Assembly: GCA_965370415.1 (NCBI GenBank)
Contig: CBDUTJ010000002.1
Span: forward strand, 40,477 to 104,476
DNA length: 64,000 nucleotides
DNA from: an uncultured bacterium
Lineage (GTDB): Bacteria > Cloacimonadota > Cloacimonadia > Cloacimonadales > TCS61
Reading direction: 5' to 3'
The translations under genes and the position numbers were made by a program. Positions 17,204 through 24,547 of this stretch are shown one piece after another (the first letter of the stretch is position 1; each line of letters starts with the position of its first letter). The notes below the pieces were generated by a model. The model was not told where the DNA came from. It saw nothing but the letters and a program-made list of their open reading frames with translations, and ran no database searches.

Positions 17204-17775
17204 TCTCCTCATGAGGAGATCGTTCCTCTCGTTCTCATCCGGCGACTGCCGGATGAGAATGAAGGTTATATGCAAAACTCCTCTTTTGCGCTCTAACTCA
17301 CCCTGCTGCCTGCACCGCCGTAGTTTTATCGAAGGCGTGTCCCTCTCTTTAACGCTTTGCTCAAATAGAGGGGGTTGAAATTCGTAAAGCGACCAGCTTG
17401 GTCGCTCTCTCGACCTGGCAGGTCGAGTTACATTGAAACACCTTCCGAAGCTTTCTTTCAATTTTTCTGATGAAAGAAGATTCGGAAGGTTAAATGAGTT
17501 TGCATATTTTGAGCTAGAACTTTCCGAATCTCAGTAGGGAGAAATACGTTTTTGGAAGCTTCGGAAAGAATGAGGGCAACAAAAGGTCGAGTTACAAAAA
17601 AGTTTATAGCAAGACTTGACTCGCAACGACCTGTCCGGGCATAATAAAATGAAGACTGAAGTGTGAGTCGAGAATTGATGAATAAAGAATCCTGAACACC
17701 GAACCCTGAACCCCTGGCATGTCGTATGGTATGCTTTTCAACGTTTATTTACCTCATCCAAGCAGCAAAGCTGCT
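17204..17775. repeat. GC-rich mosaic hairpin array B (largest)
   Basis: At least eight perfect stem-loops or palindromes plus a 13-nt direct repeat. Shares modules with arrays A, C and D. Confidence 0.7.
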
Positions 17776-17815
17776 CACCTTCTCTCGGACAAAAAAGTAA
17801 CATAAGAAAAACAAT

Positions 17816-17924
17816 TTGACATATAAAAACAATAAACACTTTCTTGTTTAGTTAATTAAAGTGTTAATTAAATTCATTTTGCCAGGGAGAATTGATATGT
17901 AAACAAACCAAACCAGGAGGAATT
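17816..17924 (+). promoter_or_regulatory. Conserved TTGACA box + hairpin + SD/mini-ORF leader, copy B (upstream of the 17925 gene)
   Basis: TTGACA at 17816-17821. AACACTT (17835-17841) pairs with AAGTGTT (17859-17865). GGGAGA at 17885-17890. ATG TAA at 17897-17902. Confidence 0.55.
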
Positions 17925-19709
17925 ATGTTGAACCTTGTGAAATCCCGTCTGTCAGGGAAAACCTTATTTTTTATTTTTATTTTTTTATATTCATTTCTGT
18001 ATGCCACAATTATTAATGTGCCAACACCTTATGCAACAATACAAGCCGGCATTGACGCTGCTGCCAATGGTGACATTGTTCTTGTACAACCCGGAACTTA
18101 TGTGGAAAACATTAACTACAATGGAAAACTCATTACAGTTGCTTCATTATTTTTAACAACCCAGGATACAAGCTATGTTTCTTCAACCATTATCGATGGG
18201 AACAGTAGTGGCAGTGTTGTTACTTTTGAAAGTGGTGAGGATATTACTGCTATTTTATGTGGCTTTACAATTACTAATGGTCTAGGTGGTGGAATAAATC
18301 CAAATTTTTATGGAGGTGGGATTTTTTGTAATAGTTCCAGTCCGAACCTACAAAATGTAACAATAACAAATAATAGTACTACTTATAATGGTGGTGGAAT
18401 TTACTGTCATACTTCCAGTCCTAATTTAGAGAATGTCATAATATCATTTAATTCTGCTAATTCTCAGGGTGGTGGGATTTACAGTCATTATTACAGTCCG
18501 AGTCTACAGAATGTAACAATATCAGGTAATTCTGCTTCTCAGAATGGTGGTGGAATTTACTGTCAAGGTTCCAGTCCGAGTTTAATGAATGTAACAATAT
18601 CAGGTAATACTTCCAATTATCCTGGTGGTGGTATTTATTGTTATGGTTCCAGTCCGAGTTTAATCAATTCTATTATGTGGAATAACTCACCACAGGAGAT
18701 CTATATTTGGTTGTCCGGTTCAGTAACAGCAACATATTCAGATATAGAAGGCAGTTGGACAGGAACAGGTAATATTGATAGCGACCCATTATTTGTAAAT
18801 CCCAGTAGTGGAAATTACCATTTACAAGCAACTTCTCCCTGTATAGATGCTGGAGATCCGGCATCACCCTTAGACCCGGATGGCACAAATGCAGATATGG
18901 GAGCGTATTACTTTAACCAATATAATGGACCAATCTGGCACATATCCAAAACCGGTTCTGACGAATCAGGAGTTGGTACGGAACAATATCCATTTTACAC
19001 TATACAGCATGGAATTGATTTTTCGACTGATGCAGATACTGTGCTTGTACATCTTGGAACTTATGTAGAAAATATTAATTATATTGGAAAAAACATTACC
19101 ATTGGTTCTTTATTTTTAACAACCCAGGATACATCTTATATTTCATCAACTATTATTGATGGGAACAGTAGTAGCAGTGTTGTAACTTTTGAAAGTGGAG
19201 AAGATTCAACAGCAATTTTATCTGGTTTCACTATTACGAATGGATCTAGTGGCAATGGAGGAGGAATTCACTGTGAAAATTCTTCCAATCCAAGCCTTAA
19301 TAATTTATCTGTTGAAAATAATATTTCTACCGGTCATGGTGGTGGTATCTACTGCTGGAATTCTAATCCGGGTTTAGAGAACATAACCATATCAGATAAT
19401 TCTGCTGATTCTAAGGGTGGTGGGATTTATTGTTATGTTTCCAGTCTAAGTTTAAATAATGTAACAATATCAGGTAATGTTTGTTTCGAAAGTGGTGGTG
19501 GAATTTACTGTGAAAGTTTTTCATTCCTAAGTTTAAATAATGTAATAATTACGAGTAATTTTTCATATAATGAAGGAGGTGGAATTTATTGTCTGTATGC
19601 CGCTGTGAGTTTGGAGAATGCAACCATATCAGGCAATTCTGGCACCACAGGTTATAATATTTACTGTGGATATGGGTCCAATGCATATTTAAAAAATTTC
19701 ATTTTATGA
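17925..19709 (+). CDS. Secreted double beta-helix-module paralog, terminated by an in-frame TGA at a conserved Trp position (likely disrupted gene)
   Basis: AGGAGG before ATG 17925, which is preferred over the track TTG at 17892. Signal peptide, then two consecutive cap-block + PbH1 modules. The ORF stops at TGA 19707-19709, yet family homology continues in the same frame. Confidence 0.8.
   Translation: MLNLVKSRLSGKTLFFIFIFLYSFLYATIINVPTPYATIQAGIDAAANGDIVLVQPGTYVENINYNGKLITVASLFLTTQDTSYVSSTIIDGNSSGSVVTFESGEDITAILCGFTITNGLGGGINPNFYGGGIFCNSSSPNLQNVTITNNSTTYNGGGIYCHTSSPNLENVIISFNSANSQGGGIYSHYYSPSLQNVTISGNSASQNGGGIYCQGSSPSLMNVTISGNTSNYPGGGIYCYGSSPSLINSIMWNNSPQEIYIWLSGSVTATYSDIEGSWTGTGNIDSDPLFVNPSSGNYHLQATSPCIDAGDPASPLDPDGTNADMGAYYFNQYNGPIWHISKTGSDESGVGTEQYPFYTIQHGIDFSTDADTVLVHLGTYVENINYIGKNITIGSLFLTTQDTSYISSTIIDGNSSSSVVTFESGEDSTAILSGFTITNGSSGNGGGIHCENSSNPSLNNLSVENNISTGHGGGIYCWNSNPGLENITISDNSADSKGGGIYCYVSSLSLNNVTISGNVCFESGGGIYCESFSFLSLNNVIITSNFSYNEGGGIYCLYAAVSLENATISGNSGTTGYNIYCGYGSNAYLKNFIL
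18312..18669 (+). repeat. Tandem PbH1 coding repeats
   Basis: Five GGGI(F/Y)C..SSP(N/S)L.NVTI.(G/N)NS turns with near-identical nucleotide cores. Confidence 0.85.
19258..19706 (+). repeat. Tandem PbH1 coding repeats (second module)
   Basis: Six turns. The last runs into TGA 19707. Confidence 0.8.
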
Positions 19710-20564
19710 CCAAATTCTTATAATGGGATTTATGGTTCTGTTACAGCAACATTTTCGGATATTGGAGGTGGTTATACAGAAACAGGTAATATTGATAGCG
19801 ATCCATTATTTGTGAATCCGGCAATCGGAGATTACCATTTACAACCAACCTCTCCGTGCATCGATGCAGGAGATCCTACTTCACCATTAGATCCTGATGG
19901 TACGATAACAGATATGGGAGCTTATTCTTTCCCTCAACCCATACATGCAGATTTTACAACGGACATTAGCAATGGCTATGTTCCCTTAACTGTTAGTTTT
20001 ACAGACCTTTCTGCGCAAGGTTCTGGAGTAATTGATGAGTGGTATTGGGATTTTGGTGATGGTAATAATTCTTCATTGCAGAATCCTTCCAATGAATACT
20101 TATTAACTGGATATTACACAATTTCACTTGCGGTAACCAATATTAACGATTCCACAGATACTGAAACTAAAACGGATTATATAACTGTTTACAGTAGTGA
20201 TCCACCAGCACCACCAACAGATGTAGAAGTAGATATTATTTACCCGGATGCAATAATCTCTTGGAGTGCTGTAGATACGACTATTATTGGTGATCCTGCT
20301 TTAATTGACGGATATGTTGTTCGATATAATGAGACTGGTTATTCAGGAGATGAATATTTTTATTTCTTAGCCTTTACAATAGAAACAATTTATATACATG
20401 AATTTGTTGCTCAATATAGTACCCAAATGTTCTATCACGTTATCGCTATTGCTGCTTTAAGCAGAGAAGAAACAAAATACCTGTTAAGCTTAAATAATTC
20501 ACATACTAAAATGAAATGGGAAGATGTTAAAGAGAAATTGAAGATAAGAAATTTTTCAAAATAG
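19710..20564 (+). pseudogene. Downstream continuation of the 17925 gene (beta-helix cap, PKD, FN3-like), separated from it only by the TGA
   Basis: Same frame as 17925..19709. GSVTATFSDIGGGYTETGNIDSDPLFVNP begins at about 19735, upstream of the track start at 19812. PKD domain spans about 19947-20189. A family C-terminal tag, DKKFFKIVVSDQP-stop, sits in another frame at 20543-20584. Confidence 0.7.
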
Positions 20565-20588
20565 TTGTTAGCGATCAACCGTAAATCT

Positions 20589-20759
20589 GCAAGACTTGAC
20601 TCGTCTCAAAATTTTTGGGATGAGTCGAGAACTGTTATAAAAGAGTATTGTTCTCATCCCATCCGGCAGCTACTGGATTTGGGTAAGTCTAATATATTAC
20701 CTTCCCAAGCGGAAGCTTAGGAAGGAAAATTTAGATGTGTAGGGTTAGCTCTCCGAGCT
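20589..20759. repeat. GC-rich mosaic hairpin array C
   Basis: Shares the modules GCAAGACTTGACTCG..TGAGTCGAGAA, TTCTCATCC..CCGGC and CCTTCC..GGAAGG with array B. Confidence 0.65.
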
Positions 20760-20856
20760 GTCCAATTATCATATGTTTAAAAATTCCTTATAATCCAATC
20801 AACTTAAAGACCCCGAATAATTTCAAACAGGCAATTAGGATTGCGATCCGTTATTT

Positions 20857-22611
20857 GTGGATTTTAATAATAGTGATTACAATCTACAATCAACTTCCCC
20901 GTGTATAGATGCCGGTGATCCTGTATCACCGTTAGACCCGGATGGCACGTTAGTAGAAATGGGGGCTTGTTTTTTTCCTCAGTTTATTATTTCAGATTTT
21001 GCAGTGGACACAACAATTGGATATGTTCCTTTAACGGTTAATTTTACTGACCTTTCTACGCCGGGTACAGGTGTAATTGATGAATGGTATTGGGACTTTG
21101 GTGATGGAAATAATTCTTCTTCGCAGAATCCAACTCATGAATATCCTTTATTGGGATATTATACAGTTTCACTTACAGTAACTAATGATCTTGATTCAAC
21201 AAGTATGGAAACAAAGGTAGATTACATTAAGGTAACTCCTCCTGCTTATGATGGTACTGTATGGCATGTCTCAACAACCGGTTGGGATGCATTTGGAAAC
21301 GGATCAATTCAATATCCATTTGCTACCATTCAACATGGAATTAATACTTCTTCCAATACAGACACTGTGCTGGTGCAGCCCGGAACTTATGTGGAGAATA
21401 TCAATTATAATGGGAAACTCATAACCATTGGCTCTTTATTTTTAACAACCCAGGATACTTCTTATATTTCACAAACAATAATTGATGGAGATACTTTAGG
21501 AAGTGTCATAACATTTGAAAATAGTGAAGATTCAACAGCAGTTTTATGTGGTTTAACAATAACGAATGGTTTGAATGAATATGGTGGAGGGATTTTTTGT
21601 AGTTATTCTAGTCCAGGTTTGAAGTACCTGTCAATAACTAATAATTTAGCTAAATATGGTTGTGGAATTTATTTTTATAATTCCAGCCCGAGTCTACAGA
21701 ATGTAACAATATCAGGTAATTCTGCTTCCGGGATTGAAGGATTTGGTGGTGGTATTTACTGTACTTATAGTTCCAACCCGAGTTTACAGAATGTAACAAT
21801 ATCAGGTAATTCTGCTGTTTATGGTGGAGGGATATATTGTTCTGGAAATTCCAACCCGATTCTACAGAATGTAACAATATCAGGTAATACGGCTTATGTT
21901 GATGGGGGCGGGATTTACTGTGAAAATTATTCCAGTCCAAATTTATACAATGTAACAATATCAGGTAATTCTTCCCAAATTGGTGGTGGAATTTATTGTT
22001 ATGGTAGTGGTTCCAATCCAAGTTTAATTAATTCCATTATGTGGAATGACTCACCCGAAGAGATCTATATAGTTCAAGGTTCTGTTATTACAGCAACCTA
22101 TTCGGATATTGAAGGTGGATGGGCCGGGACTGGTAATATTGATAGTGCCCCGTTATTTGTAAATCCCGGTAACGGAGATTACCACCTGCAGCCAGGATCA
22201 CCATGTATAGATGCCGGAGATCCTGCATCGCCACTAGATCCGGATAGCACAATAGTGGATATGGGAGCTTATTATTTTCACCAGATAATACCTCCTGATC
22301 CACCACAAAATATAACGATCGAAATCATCGGAACGGATGTTCACATCAGTTGGGATGTAGTAACGGGTGCAAATTCGTATAAGGTTTATTCTTCAGATGA
22401 TCCATACACAGGTTTTATAGAAGAAACCTCCGGTTCATTTGCTGGAGAAAGTTGGAGCACTTCAATAATGGAAGTGAAGAAATTCTATTATGTAAAAGCA
22501 AGCACAGAAACAACCAGGTCTAAATATTCTGATTCACAAGATGCTTATCAGCCGGATAGAAAATCGAGAAGATACGATTTGGATAAATTCATAAATAGAA
22601 AGAGAAAATAG
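20857..22611 (+). CDS. 5'-truncated beta-helix paralog (cap remnant, PKD, beta-helix, FN3-like); possible pseudogene or silent cassette
   Basis: The ORF opens with GTG in the middle of the family cap motif. There is no Shine-Dalgarno sequence and no signal peptide. Homology continues upstream through TAG 20836-20838. Otherwise the domains are intact, with six PbH1 turns. Confidence 0.65.
   Translation: MDFNNSDYNLQSTSPCIDAGDPVSPLDPDGTLVEMGACFFPQFIISDFAVDTTIGYVPLTVNFTDLSTPGTGVIDEWYWDFGDGNNSSSQNPTHEYPLLGYYTVSLTVTNDLDSTSMETKVDYIKVTPPAYDGTVWHVSTTGWDAFGNGSIQYPFATIQHGINTSSNTDTVLVQPGTYVENINYNGKLITIGSLFLTTQDTSYISQTIIDGDTLGSVITFENSEDSTAVLCGLTITNGLNEYGGGIFCSYSSPGLKYLSITNNLAKYGCGIYFYNSSPSLQNVTISGNSASGIEGFGGGIYCTYSSNPSLQNVTISGNSAVYGGGIYCSGNSNPILQNVTISGNTAYVDGGGIYCENYSSPNLYNVTISGNSSQIGGGIYCYGSGSNPSLINSIMWNDSPEEIYIVQGSVITATYSDIEGGWAGTGNIDSAPLFVNPGNGDYHLQPGSPCIDAGDPASPLDPDSTIVDMGAYYFHQIIPPDPPQNITIEIIGTDVHISWDVVTGANSYKVYSSDDPYTGFIEETSGSFAGESWSTSIMEVKKFYYVKASTETTRSKYSDSQDAYQPDRKSRRYDLDKFINRKRK
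21583..22035 (+). repeat. Tandem PbH1 coding repeats
   Basis: Six turns. The unit AGTCTACAGAATGTAACAATATCAGGTAATTCTGCT recurs almost verbatim. Confidence 0.85.
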
Positions 22612-22614
22612 TGG

Positions 22615-22978
22615 GGACAGAAAATTGTTCTGTCCGAGATAGGGATGATTCTCCCTGTTGAAATTTACAGCAAAGCTGTATTTCACGGGGTAAACCGGGC
22701 AGTCAGAAAAAGTTTTCAGAATGAAGCAAAAGCTTCAGATTCATTTCTTTCCCATCCTGCAGTTGCCGGATTAAGAAGGAGATTTAAAAGATCTTGTGAC
22801 TTATTTACTCCCCTTTATAAGGGGAGAACTCCGCACCTATTTAGAAGAATTTATTTGAAACAAATAAATAGGTGCTGGACAGAGGGGTTATATTCTTTCT
22901 CCTAAAAATGTTGTGCAAGATTAAAACAATACCTTCCGAAGCAGACAGTGTCCGGCTTTTAACGGAAGTTTCAGAAGG
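22615..22978. repeat. GC-rich mosaic hairpin array D
   Basis: Nine stem-loops. Shares modules with arrays A (ACTCCCCTT..TAAGGGGAGAA), B and C. Confidence 0.65.
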
Positions 22979-22993
22979 AGATAATGTTTATAA

Positions 22994-23746
22994 TTATCTG
23001 TTCCTTTTCGTAGCTATTATCTTCTCAGCTTTTTCCAGATCTTGTGGTGTGTCTATGCCAATTCCTTCATAATCTGTTTCTATCATTTTTATCCTGATAC
23101 CATTTTCCAGCAGGCGGAGTTGTTCCAGTTTTTCTATCTGTTCCAATTTTCCATGCTGCATTTCTACAAAACGGAAAAGCATTTCCCGTCTAAAAGCATA
23201 TATTCCAATATGTCTGAAATAATCAGGTTTTCGTTCTAACTCATTATCCTGTTTAAAAGGAATTATCGAACGAGAAAAATAAAGAGCATAATTGTTTTTA
23301 TCACACACTACTTTCACAGAATTTGGATCATCAAAGCTCTTCTTCATCCGATGCATCAAAGAAGCCACACGAACAGCAGGGTCATCAAAAGCAGCTATCA
23401 GTTTTGTAAGTGGTTCTCTGGAAATGAATGGTTCATCACCTTGAACATTTATCATTACATCAGCATCACTGCAAGAAGGTAATTTCCGGCAGACTTCCGC
23501 AATACGGTCAGTGCCGCTTTCGTGTTTTTTACTGGTGAGAACTACTTTCCCACCAAAGCTTTCGACAGCTTCAAAGATACGCTGGTCATCTGTTCCCACC
23601 ACAACTTCAGCAAATAAACCACTACTTAGCACCCGCTCATAAACATGCTGAATGATACATTTTGTGCCAAGTTTCGCCAGAGGTTTTCCAGGGAATCTGG
23701 TTGATTCGTACCTGGCAGGAATTATAGCAATCGCTTTCATTATCAA
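22994..23746 (-). CDS. kdsB: 3-deoxy-manno-octulosonate cytidylyltransferase (CMP-KDO synthetase)
   Basis: AIIPARYESTRFPGKPLA and a typical KdsB length of 250 aa. Confidence 0.9.
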   Translation of the reverse strand: MIMKAIAIIPARYESTRFPGKPLAKLGTKCIIQHVYERVLSSGLFAEVVVGTDDQRIFEAVESFGGKVVLTSKKHESGTDRIAEVCRKLPSCSDADVMINVQGDEPFISREPLTKLIAAFDDPAVRVASLMHRMKKSFDDPNSVKVVCDKNNYALYFSRSIIPFKQDNELERKPDYFRHIGIYAFRREMLFRFVEMQHGKLEQIEKLEQLRLLENGIRIKMIETDYEGIGIDTPQDLEKAEKIIATKRNR

Positions 23747-23767
23747 ACCTCTCTACCCCGCATCTAT

Positions 23768-24547
23768 TTATTTTTTAATTACCATTTCCATGAATACTTT
23801 GTAACTTCGAAGATTGTCGTGCAGCTCCGAAGAGATAAAACACCTTTTGATTTTCATTTTTATAAGCTTCTTTGTGGTTTCCAAAGCTAATGATTTTTCC
23901 ATCTCTTCATCTATGCTTATCAGTGCAGATTGTACATCTTTTTCCAGGTATTTTGCAATTTCCAGCCGGGCAATTTCTGCTGCACTTTCCCAGGCATTAA
24001 TCAGGTTGGAAGAGCTGCCTGATGCATAACTGATAATATGTGCATTTTCTACAGCAATCTTATCCCTTTCATACCAGTCTGGAAAATTAATTACAAATCT
24101 TTTCTTATATTTTTCAGCAACATTATCATTTTGAAGGGAAAAGAGAGCGAGGTAATAATCAAAAAAGAACTCCTCATCGACCACCTGCAAAGATTCATAG
24201 ATTCTGCGAGTAGTTTCCGGAGAGGCACTTACATTCAAGTAAAATTCTGCTTTTCCGTCACGCAATAGATCTTCAGTAGTAGTGGAAGCAAATTTTTCGA
24301 TGGAATAGGAAGCTTCATTCCTGCTTTTTATAACCGCTGCCATTTGTCTGGCTGCATCTTTCATTTCATCTTCATCGAAGCTTTTCCTGGCTACCCCGAT
24401 GACATAATCTCCAGCAGGAAGTTCGTATACCCAGCCGGGCAAGGACGGATATTCTATTTTATGGATCATTTTTACTTCTTCAAATTCTATTTGCGAAGCG
24501 CATCCCAACAAGATAAGTAACGCAATTACCAACAACGATCTATTCAT
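23768..24547 (-). CDS. Hypothetical lipoprotein
   Basis: Signal peptide with lipobox LLILLGCAS. The stop overlaps the mnmG end region in an operon-like arrangement. No family recognised. Confidence 0.6.
   Translation of the reverse strand: MNRSLLVIALLILLGCASQIEFEEVKMIHKIEYPSLPGWVYELPAGDYVIGVARKSFDEDEMKDAARQMAAVIKSRNEASYSIEKFASTTTEDLLRDGKAEFYLNVSASPETTRRIYESLQVVDEEFFFDYYLALFSLQNDNVAEKYKKRFVINFPDWYERDKIAVENAHIISYASGSSSNLINAWESAAEIARLEIAKYLEKDVQSALISIDEEMEKSLALETTKKLIKMKIKRCFISSELHDNLRSYKVFMEMVIKK

Noticed and set aside
17135-17461. 108-aa minus-strand ORF inside hairpin array B
   Set aside because: It is Arg/Glu-rich with no motif and no SD. It is composed almost entirely of palindromic hairpin sequence, which reads open on both strands. 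I treat it as a by-product of the array.
19707-19709. TGA reassignment (code 4/25) or selenocysteine at the in-frame TGA
   Set aside because: TGA terminates proS, rplY, ispE, rimM and trmD at their expected lengths in this window. The aligned residue in paralogs is Trp, not Cys/Sec, and I saw no SECIS-like hairpin immediately downstream.
598-22035. Abundant N-x-S/T sequons (NVTISGNS, NITITGNS) as evidence of an N-glycosylation system
   Set aside because: The sequon is an intrinsic part of the beta-helix turn consensus. No oligosaccharyltransferase or HMW1C-like glycosyltransferase gene is in the window, and Asp/Glu is at -1, not at the -2 position required by PglB-type enzymes.
3-22611. Diversity-generating retroelement acting on the paralogs
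   Set aside because: There is no reverse transcriptase or accessory gene in the window. The differences I inspected between repeated blocks are not confined to adenine positions. A distant DGR cannot be excluded without the full genome.
22615-22680. Three consecutive hairpins resembling a tRNA-like cloverleaf
   Set aside because: There is no acceptor-stem pairing of the flanks. There is no GTTCRANYC T-loop or D-loop signature, and the stem and loop sizes are wrong (8, 5 and 6 bp with 5-, 6- and 3-nt loops).
22645-23072. ORFs 22645..22905 and 22872..23072 in array D
   Set aside because: They have the same palindrome-derived basic composition. The second overlaps the well-supported kdsB gene on the opposite strand.
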